A DNA stretch of 64,000 nucleotides from Leucoraja ocellata (taxonomy: Eukaryota). A program made the position numbers and the translations under genes. Below, one piece after another: positions 12,257 to 21,907 of this stretch. The stretch spans positions 1-64,000 of the forward strand of contig JAWMAR010002507.1 of the NCBI GenBank assembly GCA_036785375.1. The letters run 5' to 3'. The stretch's first letter is position 1. Each line of letters begins with the position of its first letter. The notes below the pieces were generated by a model, which was not told where the DNA came from, did no database searches, and was given only the letters and a program-made list of their open reading frames with translations.

Positions 12257-14452
12257 CCAGTGTGCCCGGTGCCTCGCGCGACAGGGTGAGAATGTTTCTG
12301 GACACTTGATGAGTGAAGAATAACATTTACAGCAAGGCACCGTTGAAGCTCGACTTATTTTTTTATTCATTAAAGCACTATCCGTTTTGGTTTTTAACTA
12401 TGTGCATTTATACATCGGTTTAGCTGGTTACGGCCGATATGTTTTTCCGTGTATGCTGTCTGTTGACACAGGAAAGGCCAGTACGTTAAAGACAGGAAAT
12501 CCTAGTTCTGTAAATGATTGGGGTAGCTCTACATAGTCCCAGTCCGCTGGTGGGAGTTAAAGCTGGGCGAGTCCCACACACTGCCCACCGCATGCCCTCA
12601 TTCTACCGGGCTCGGCTGGGGTGGGAATGAGTGCCACAGAACCAGCGGGAGCAGAGAAAGCAGGCAGTGTCCGGGGGTAGACTAGGAGGATGGTTTAACC
12701 CCTCCTGATCCTGTTCAATGTTGGCCCACAGTCTCCCACGGCACGCAGGGACTGCTGGCATCGACAGACCCGCAACCCGCCCTTCCCTGACCACCAGACA
12801 TCCGCCGGACCTACACAGACCCGCTGTCCTTTCATTAATCACTGGGAAGCCAGTGATTGAAATGGTGTCGAACCAGGAGGCGGCCACTCGACACTGGGTC
12901 TGAGACTGGACACTGGGTCCAAGGGCAGTCACTGGGTCCGAGACACGCCACTGGGTCCAAGGGCAGTCACTGGGTCCGAGACTGGACACTGGGTCCAAGG
13001 GTAGTCACTGGGTCCGAGACACGCCACTGGCCACTGTGTCTGAGAGATCACTGGGCATTGGGTCTGGGGAGAACAGACACTGGGATCAGTGACCTGCCAT
13101 GTTTATATTAAGGTCAATGGTCAGCCAGTCAGAGGGTCGGTATGGTGCCAGTGGTCACGGCCAGTGGTCAGTCTGGTCACGCAGCCAGTGGTCACGCAGC
13201 CAGTGGTCACGGCCAGTGGTCAGTCTGGTCACTGAGCCAGTGGTCATGCAGCCAGTGGTTGTGGTGCTAGTGGTCAGTCAGTGGTCCCGGGGCCAGTGGT
13301 CAGTCAGTGGTCACTGGTTCTCTAACAACCCCCTGAGGACATTGCAGTTTTGTCTCCCATTGAAATACACACGGATTACCGCAGTAACAAGCTCCGGCCA
13401 TTATTTTTAATTATGAAATGGAAGGATTTTAAATGATATTATGGGGGGAGGGGGGGGGGAGTGTTTTGATCTCCACTGACCAGTGGCATCTTGCTCACTC
13501 CCCGTTACAATATGTATAAAATTTATAACTCTTTATTAGCAAAGCAATTCCTCGATTGTATAGGGAGGAATTTAAATAAACTATCAACGTTACTGATATC
13601 GAGATGGTGAAAAAGTATATTTTTAAATGACTATATTGTACAGGTTAATAGATTCTGGATGCCTTAACAGCTGCTTCCTGTTTGTTGAGAGGGAAGGCAG
13701 AAGTTTGTACGATGGGCAGCAGCCAAAAGTTTGATTCAAAAGTTTATCTAAATGTTTGGGCTTTCTCACAGATCTTGAATGTCCTTGTGTTTGAGATGTG
13801 TCAATATATTGTCGAGTGTATGCAGCTCACTGCTGATCACACCTCGTCATCTGGAGTTCTCAATAACTATTTTTTTAAATAAGTGTGGGCTCTTGTCTAA
13901 TTCTATGCGTTTTGTCCAGAGTAAAACCTTCACCCAAATTGGAGCAGGCAGGCGATGTCTTTATAACAGCCAGGCACTGAACTCGCTGCCTCTAGTACCT
14001 GTTATTTACTTTCTGTAAGATAAGCTGATGATGATCTTGCTTCAAGGTGTATTTTATCCCGGCACTTGTCTGACGCCACCTATTACTTTGGGAAGTTAGA
14101 CGCACACAGAGTGCTGGAGTAACACAGCAGGGGGTCGGGCAGCTGGAGAGAATGAATGGGTGATGATTCTGAAGAAGGATGTCCACCCGATTCCTTTTCT
14201 CCAGAGAAGCTGTCTGACCGGTTGAGTTTCTCCAGCTTTTTGTGCCTCTCTCGCATCTCTGGGGAATATGGGTAGGGGACGTTTGTGGTCGGGACCCTTC
14301 TACGTTGGTGGGTTGGGTTGTTCACCTTTCACACCCGGACAAACGTTTGGCAAGGCCGTGTCCTCAGAAAGACCAGTGTCCATCGCTGGGGCAGTCACTG
14401 TCCACTCAGATAGCGCCCTCAGCACTTACATGGCGCCCACCCACAAGCACAC

Positions 14453-14603
14453 NNNNNNNNNNNNNNNNNNNNNNNNNNNNNNNNNNNNNNNNNNNNNNNN
14501 NNNNNNNNNNNNNNNNNNNNNNNNNNNNNNNNNNNNNNNNNNNNNNNNNNNNNNNNNNNNNNNNNNNNNNNNNNNNNNNNNNNNNNNNNNNNNNNNNNNN
14601 NNN
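14453..14603. other. Assembly gap
   Basis: Run of N. Confidence 1.
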
Positions 14604-15474
14604 CAGGTGCCTTTGTTCGTAAAATCACAGGGACTTTGACCAAACTATACCGTGGCCTCCATCAACAGAACAACAAACTTCAACTTCTTCTAACCAATTA
14701 TATTTAATTTTCCTCTAACACTTACATTAACCATAACCAAGCCACTCTCTCCTCCTCCAAAGTGTTCGCTATATTTAAGAGGGAGTTAGATGTGGCCCTT
14801 GTGGCTAAAGGGATCAGGGGGTATGGAGAGAAGGCAGGTACAGGATACTGAGTTGGATGATCAGCCATGATCATATTGAATGGCGAATGGTGCAGGCTCG
14901 AAGGGCCGAATGGCCTCTACTCCTGCACCTATTTTCTATGTTTCTATGTACTGAGAGTTGCATCTGTAGCTTCTAGTAAAGGATTAATCCCAGCCAGGTC
15001 AATAGACAATAGGTGCAGGAGTAGGCCATTCGGCCCTTCGAGCCAGCACCGCCATTCACTGCGATCACGGGTTATTGCGTCCTGCATGCGTTTTATCAGA
15101 CGTTTTCTTACACGATGTTTGTTGGAAAGTTTTCACCCCAAACTACATGGATTGGGGAATTTCCGCCTGTCCGTCCTCGATCCCTTTGAGGATCGGATTC
15201 TCCCGCAGTGTCCTTGCCACTAACTCCAGCAACATGGCCAGGCTTATCCTCACCCGGTGTGGCAGGGATGTGGGGACCTTGTCCTTGTCCAGTCCCACTC
15301 TGCCTTGCTCCGATGGGAAGTCCAAACACATTGCCCCTTCAGTCACCGTCCATGTTACACCTTCATAAGATAGACACAAAAAACCACAGCAACTCAGCGG
15401 CTCAGGCAGCGTCTCTGGAGAGAAGGAATAGGTGACGTTTAGGGTTGAGACCCTTCAGACTGAGAGTGCTTCAT

Positions 15475-15830
15475 ACGTTATAGGAGTAGAATTAGGCCAT
15501 TTGGCCCATCAAGTCTACTCCGCCATTCAATCATGGCTGATCTATCTCTCCCTCCTAACCCCATTCTCCTGCCTTCTCCCCATAACCCCTGACACCCGCA
15601 CTAATCAAGAATCTGTCAATCTCCACCTTAAAAATACCCAATGACTTGAGCTCCACAGCCATCTGTGGCAATGAATTCCACAGATTCACCACCCTCTGGC
15701 TAAAGAAATTCATTCTCATCTCCTTTCTAAAGGTACGCCCTTTTATTCTGATGCTGTGGCCTCCAGTCCTCGACTCCCCCAATAGTGGAAACATCTTCCC
15801 CACATTCACTCTACCCAGGCCTTTCACAAT
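15475..15830 (-). mobile_element. CR1-clade LINE 3' fragment, second subfamily
   Basis: [38 protein letters not shown]; same subfamily at ~8610-8850, 25000-25390, 45955-46135, 55265-55440. Confidence 0.88.
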
Positions 15831-16814
15831 TCAGTTAGCTCAGGACATGTTCTATCCGCCAGTCTGCCTGCAAGAGTTAATATTGCCTGGACTCTATTAA
15901 AACAACGGGGCCCCTGTTGAGGCCACACCTGGGCCATTGTGCACAGGTCAGGTCCACCTGACACCCAAGGAGGTGGAACCCATGAAAGCCGAGAGCAGCC
16001 AAGGTCCACCAATTTAGTTCGAGGGATAGAGGGTCACAGGCATATGGGACTAATTCAGGTGGGCATCTTGACCCGCATGGGTGAGCGTGGCCGAAAGGCC
16101 TGTTCCATGCTGTGCTAAGACTCTTTGACATGTTTTCTGAGGTGGCTAAGTCATCAATCTGGAGTTTAGAACAGTCAGAATGGACCTTTTGGGCAGTCTT
16201 GGTCCCATGAGTGAGCCTGGCAGGAGACATGCGTAGGAAGGAACTTCAGATGCTGGTTTTATCCGAAGATGGACACAAAAAGGCTGGGGTAAAACTCAGT
16301 GGGACAGGCAGCATCTCTGGAGAGAAGGAATGGGTGATGTTTCGGGTCGAGACCCTTCTTCAGACCCGAAACGTCACCCATTCCTTCTCTCCAGAGATGT
16401 TGCCTGTCCCACTGAGTTTCATGTCCACCTGGGAATGAGTATGGTGACGGGGGCAGGACGTGCACTTTGCCACCTATTATGACCATCCCTTCAGTCATTC
16501 AGACAAGCTGGGTTGTCAAGATTTCTTCAATTGTCCCCTCTTATCATTGAATTTTATCAATGTTCATTTTTTTTGTAATTCTTTTAATTTATTCTGACCT
16601 CTTGAACTATCAAGTCCCAGTTCCCCATTGTGTATTACCACCTGATCCATTTATTTTTTAAAGTACTGCTAATTTTATTAATATTTACGATTAAATATCT
16701 GTTCCTGTGCTAACCTTATGAGTTCAGTTATTGTGGTGTACAGTAATATTTAAATAGGATAAGACTGCGCTGGTGTTATCTTTAGTAAAGTGTCATTTTG
16801 CATTCTGTCTTTCA

Positions 16815-16880
16815 AATAAAATACATTAAATCAAATAAATTAGTTCATATTTGTTCTCTGTGTGTGGTATGTAATGCTAC
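16815..16880 (+). terminator. Probable distal polyadenylation site of CRTC3
   Basis: AATAAA (16815), ATTAAA (16825) and AATAAA (16834) cluster at the end of an AU-rich stretch and are followed by GU-rich TTGTTCTCTGTGTGTGGTATGT. Proximal hexamers: ATTAAA 12369, AATAAA 13575. Confidence 0.5.
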
Positions 16881-16941
16881 AAATGATTAACAGTTTGGTT
16901 TAGTATGTCACATGTATCGAGGTACAGTGAAAAGCTTTTAT

Positions 16942-17305
16942 AGACAATAGACAATAGGTGCAGGAGTAGGCCATTCGGACCTTTGAGCCAGCACCGCCAT
17001 TCAATGTGATCATGGCTGATCATCCCCAATCAGTACCCCGTTCCTGCCTTCTCCCCATATCCCCCGACTCCGCTATCTTTAAGAGCTCTATCTAGATCTC
17101 TCTTGAAAGCATCTAGAGAACCTGCCTTCACCGCCCTCTGAGGCAGAGAATTCCACAGACTCTCCACTCTCTGTGAGAAAAAGTTCCTCTTCTCAGTTTT
17201 AAATGGCTTACCCCTTATTCTTAAACTGTTGCCCCTGGTTCTGCCCCCCCCCCGCCACATCAGGAACATGTTTCCTGCCTCTAGCGTATCCAAGCCCTTA
17301 ACAAT
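16942..17305 (-). mobile_element. CR1-clade LINE 3' fragment nested in another repeat
   Basis: [32 protein letters not shown]; the host repeat resumes at ~17308. Confidence 0.88.
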
Positions 17306-18284
17306 CTTTTGTTATGTGCTAACCAGTCAACAGAAAGACAATACATGATTACAATCGAGCCTTTCACAATATATAGACACATGGTAAGGGAATCATGTTT
17401 AGTGCGAGATAAAGTCCAATTAAATGTAGTTTGAGGGTGATCAAAGAGGTAGATAGTAGTTCAGCACTGCTCTCTGGTTGTGGTAGGATGGTTCAGTTGC
17501 CTGATAGCAGCTGGGAATAAACTCCCCGAATCTGGAGGTGTGCGTTTTCACACTGCTGTACCTTTTTGCCAATGGGAGAAGAGAGAGTGGCCAGGGTATT
17601 ACTCGTCCTTGATTATGCTACTGGCCTTGCCATGGGAATGTCATGAGGCAATGCAGCAAACCCTTCTTATAATGGACCATAGAGGGGGAGGAGATGTCTG
17701 TTATTGCCGACTGTCCACTGTAACCAAGTAGAGGATTATCATTCTATAAGTAGTGGGAACAAGGAACAACAGACGCTGGTGAATGGACCAATGGACACAG
17801 AGTGCTGGAGTAATTCAGCGGGTCAGGCAGCATCTCTGGAGGACATGGGTTGGTGACGTTTCGGGTCCAGATCCTTTATCAGACACTTGATCTGGAATTG
17901 GACATGAATCCAGGTGAGTTGACGGCTGGAGGAGAGTCGGGGATCTGCGCAGTCATTGGTTGCAATCCACAGGTGGCCGGAGTGCAGGTAAGCAGTGATG
18001 GTGGTGATGGTGATGGAGATGATGATGGTGATGGAGATGACCCTTCTTCAGACTGATGGGAGTAGAAGGGGTGGAAGCTGGAAGAGAGATGGACGGGCCA
18101 AAGCCTGGCAAATAATAGGTGGGTGCAGCTGAGCAGGAATAAAAGGGTAATTTTCAGATTGGGTCAGTTTAATTTATCGTCACGTGTATCGAGGTACAGT
18201 GAAAAGCTTTTATTGCGTGCTAACCAGTCAACAGAAAGACAATACATGATTGCAATCGATCTTTTTAATGTATAGATACATGAT

Positions 18285-18621
18285 ATTCCCGATGTTGGGG
18301 AAGTCCAGAACAAGGGGCCACACACAGTTTAAGGATAAGGGGGAAATCTTTTAGGACCGAGATGAGATAAACATTTTTCACACAGAGAGTGGTGAATCTG
18401 TGGAATTCTCTGCCACAGAAGGTAGTTGAGGCCACAGTTCATTGGCTATATTTAAGAGGGAGTTAGATGTGGCCCTTGTGGCTAAAGGGATCAGGGGGTA
18501 TGGAGAGAAGGCAGGTACAGGATATTGAGTTGGATGATCAGCCATGATCATATTGAATGGCGAATGGTGCAGGCTCGAAGGGCCGAATGACCGACTCCTG
18601 CACCTATTGTCTATGTTTCTA
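18285..18621 (+). mobile_element. CR1-clade LINE 3' fragment nested in another repeat
   Basis: Splits the host sequence GATACATGAT|AAGGGAATAAC, which is intact at ~25535. Confidence 0.88.
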
Positions 18622-18724
18622 TAAGGGAATAACGGCTAGAGCAAGGCAAATGTTTTCGGTGAAGATGTTGTCTCACTGGGGGGGGGCTCCGGCCTTGGCG
18701 GGCTCTCGGACAGTCACCACTCTC

Positions 18725-18760
18725 GGCCAATCGGGGGCGGGCGTTGCAGGGGTATATAAA
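18725..18760 (+). promoter_or_regulatory. Compact Pol II promoter: CCAAT box, GC box, TATA box
   Basis: GGCCAATC (CCAAT 18727-18731), GGGGGCGGG (18733-18741) and TATATAAA (18753-18760) at the edge of a CpG-rich island, with no AUG-initiated ORF downstream. Confidence 0.6.
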
Positions 18761-18799
18761 GAGGCGGCGGGCATTGGACGGAGGAGAAGAGAACGGACG

Positions 18800-19039
18800 G
18801 TGGACGGAGCGGGCGGTGGCCGGAGCGGAGAGTGGCCGGAGCGGGCGGTGGACGGAGCGGGCGGTGGCCGGAGCGGAGAGTGGCCGGAGCGGGCGGTGGA
18901 CGGAGCGGGCAGTGGCCGGAGCGGAGAGTGGCCGGAGCGGGCGGTGGACGGAGCGGGCAGTGGCCGGAGCGGGCGGTGGACGGAGCGGAGACTGGCCGGA
19001 GCGGGCGGTGGCCGGAGCGGAGAGTGGCCGGAGCGGGCG
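18800..19039 (+). repeat. GC-rich minisatellite, 15 x 16 bp with 48-bp higher-order periodicity
   Basis: Units GTGG(A/C)CGGAGCGG(GCG/AGA/GCA) counted directly. Confidence 0.95.
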
Positions 19040-19143
19040 GTGGTCATCCCGGGCCATTGAGCGGTCTGCTATATCCGCGGGTCACCCTCCCGCACATTCT
19101 GCCCCTCACCCCGACCCCCCCCCCCCATCCTCACCCCAATCAA

Positions 19144-19177
19144 GGTTCTTCTAAGAGCCACCATAAAGAGCTACAAC
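19144..19177 (+). terminator. Histone-type 3' stem-loop plus histone downstream element (HDE), copy 1
   Basis: CAA-GGTTCT-TCTA-AGAGCC-ACCAT-AAAGAGCTACAAC: 6-bp stem with one G-U pair, UYUN loop, ACC 3' flank and AAAGAG core. Confidence 0.7.
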
Positions 19178-19348
19178 CTCGAGTGGTGTCCGGTGGGTCA
19201 GTTGGTGCGGACCGAGCGCGGGTGGACCGAGGGAGAGTTCCCGCTACTGTCCAGGAGGGAACGGACTGACCACACCATGGGGCAGCGACCTTCACCCGGC
19301 GGGATCTGAGGACACCCACCCTTGTCCGTTCAAGGCGACCACAAGCGG

Positions 19349-19375
19349 CCAAAGGCTCTTCCAAGAGCTACAACC
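19349..19375 (+). terminator. Histone-type stem-loop fused to HDE, copy 2
   Basis: CCAAA-GGCTCT-TCCA-AGAGCT-ACAACC: canonical CCAAA 5' flank; the spacer is deleted between the two AAGAGC direct repeats. Confidence 0.55.
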
Positions 19376-19621
19376 TCGGGCAGTCTCCGGGCCGGGGGTG
19401 GACCAAGCGAGGGTGGACAGCCGCTGACCACAGCAGTCCTGGGTAGTGAAGACCGATCACCCGCCCGGACCAGTGCGAGCTTCGCCCGGCCGGGCTCTGG
19501 CCACTGACCCATGTCCGTCCAACGTGGTCAAGGGCTTCCCGCTGTCGACCACCCCAAAGGGACCAACGTCGTGGTCAAAGTCCCGCCGTCTCCACCCCTC
19601 CCTCACCCCCGACCCGACAAA

Positions 19622-19655
19622 GGCTCTTCCAAGAGCCGCTGGAAAGAGCTACAAC
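19622..19655 (+). terminator. Histone-type stem-loop plus HDE, copy 3
   Basis: CAAA-GGCTCT-TCCA-AGAGCC-GCTGG-AAAGAGCTACAAC: perfect canonical stem, but loop position 3 is C rather than U. Confidence 0.6.
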
Positions 19656-20609
19656 CTCGGCCGGATTCGGTGTCCCGGGCCGGGGGGTTGACGTGGTGCG
19701 GGCCAAGCGCGGGTAGACCAGGGGTGAACTTCTCGGCCCCACACCCGGACCAGTCTCCGGGGGAGTGGGAGCCACCGACATGTCGCTCCACAAACCACCC
19801 CAAGTGTGGGAGAGAGACACACAATGCTGGAGAAACTCAGCGGCTGAGGCAGCATCTATGGAGATTTTTCGGGTCGAGACCCTTCTCCATAGATGCTGCC
19901 TCACCCGCTGAGTTTCTCCAGTATTTCGTGTCCACCATCGATTTTATCCAGCACCTGCAGATCTTTCTCACACGCCCAGCCGGGAGAGAACGCTCGGGGC
20001 AGTCCCGTGTTACCGGTTTCAGCGTCGAGCCGAACCCGGCCGGGCTCGGAGACACCACCGTCCAAACATGTGCAGGAAGGAACTGAAGATACTGCAGCAG
20101 CATCAAGGACCCACACCATCCTGGTTACACACTCATCTCACCACTAACTTCAGGTAGAAGGTACAGGAGCCTGAAAACTGCAACGACCAAGTTCAGGAAT
20201 AGCTGCTTCCCCACAGCCATTAAACTTGGCTCGAAAAAACTAACTGTTTGATTAGGTTATTGATAGGGACAGAGAGGGCCCTCGTGTTAAAATGCTAAAT
20301 TAGGTCAGGCCAACTTTGAGGGTATGAGTGAAGTTCTCACTCGAGTTGATTGGGCAGGTTTAGTAAGTAAGTAAGTTTATTGGCCAAGTATTCACATACC
20401 AGGAATTTGCCTTGGTGCTCTGCCCACAAGCAACAACATGACATATAGTGACAGTTACGAATGACTCAGAAAACACTAAACGTTAATAATAAAACATTAA
20501 TGATAAAACACCATTGATCAAGCATGTGAACTAACAAAATACCAGATCACAGGAAGGCTACAGATTTTTGGCTGTTGAGTAGAGCAACTTGCCCATGTTG
20601 ACCAAGATC

Positions 20610-21096
20610 GCCAGACTGATTCCTGGGATGGCAGGACTTTCATATGAAGAAAGACTGGATAGACTCGGCATGTTCTCGCTAGAATTTAGAAGATTGAGGG
20701 GGGATCTTATAGAAACTTACAAAATTCTTAAGGGGTTGGACAGGCTAGATGCAGGAAGATTATTCCCAATGTTGGGGAAGTCCAGAACTAGGGGTCACAG
20801 TTTAAGGATAAGGGGGAAATCTTTTAGGACCGAGATGAGAAAAACATTTATTACACAGAGAGTGGTGAATCTGTGGAATTCTCTGCCACAGAAGGTAGTT
20901 GAGGCCAGTTCATTGACTATATTTAAGAGGGAGTTAGATGTGGCCCTCGTGGCTAAAGGGATCAGAGGGTATGGAGAGAAGGCAGGTACGGGATACTGAG
21001 TTGGATGTTCAGCCATGATCATATTGAATGGCGAATGGTGCAGGCTGGAAGGGCCGAATGGCCTCTACTCCTTCACCTATTGTCTATGTTTCTATG
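20610..21096 (+). mobile_element. CR1-clade LINE 3' fragment
   Basis: [39 protein letters not shown]...GTGY*. Confidence 0.92.
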
Positions 21097-21304
21097 ACCG
21101 GAACCACATCGACACTTGCTTCACCTGGCCCACATCACTCTAACCTCTCCTAGAAACATAGAAATTAGGTGCAGGAGTAGTCCATTCGGCCCTTCGAGCC
21201 TGCACCGCCACTCAAAACTCTCCTGTCCAAATGTTTTTAAATGCTGTTATAATACCTGCCTCAGGTACCATGAACCCACACTGTGTGAACATTTACCCCT
21301 CCCC

Positions 21305-21855
21305 TAGTGGGGCGCTCCCTCATTAAGCCCCTCCCTCAGCGGGGGTGCCCACTCATTAAGCCCCTCCCACATTGGATGCCCTCACTAAGCCCCGCCCTCA
21401 GTGGGGGCGTTCCCTTACTAAGCCCCGCTCCCACGGGGCGTGGCGTCGCCCCACTAAGCCCCGCCCTCGCTGTGGCGTTCCCTCACTAGGCCCCGCCCTC
21501 ACTGGGGCGTTCCCTCACTAGGCCCTGCCCTCACTGGGGGCGTTCCCTTACTAAGCCCCGCCCTCCGCGGGGGCGTTCCCTCTAAGCCCCGCTCTCAGCG
21601 GGGGGCGTTCCCTCGATAAGCCCCGCCCTCACTAACGCGTTCCCTCACTAGGACCCGCCCTCACTGGGGGCGTTCCCTCACTAAGCCCCGCTTACAGTGG
21701 GGGGCGTTCCCTCACTAAACCCCGCCCTCACGGGGGGCGCTCCCTCACTAGACCCCGCCCTCACTGACGCATTCCCTCTAAGCCCCGCCCTCACTGACGC
21801 ATTCCCTCACTAAGCCCCGCCCCCACTGACGCGTTCCCTCACTAAGCCCCGCCCA
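21305..21855 (+). repeat. ~32-bp minisatellite (~17 copies) in the MFAP1 promoter, most units carrying a GC box
   Basis: Consensus AAGCCCCGCCCTCACTGGGGGCGTTCCCTCACT, ending ~50 bp before the MFAP1 ATG. Confidence 0.92.
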
Positions 21856-21870
21856 CATTGCCGTCTCCAC

Positions 21871-21882
21871 GCCGCCATCTTG
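21871..21882 (+). promoter_or_regulatory. YY1 motif at the MFAP1 5' end
   Basis: GCCGCCATCTTG matches CGCCATNTT, ~26 bp before the ATG in a CpG island. Confidence 0.6.
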
Positions 21883-21907
21883 CGGCCCCGGCACTATCAC
21901 CATCACC

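Noticed and set aside
18744-19269. Protamine or histone H1 gene suggested by Arg-rich frames near the histone stem-loop
   Set aside because: No ATG after the TATA box, no histone fold or winged-helix sequence, and no poly-Arg clusters beyond four residues.
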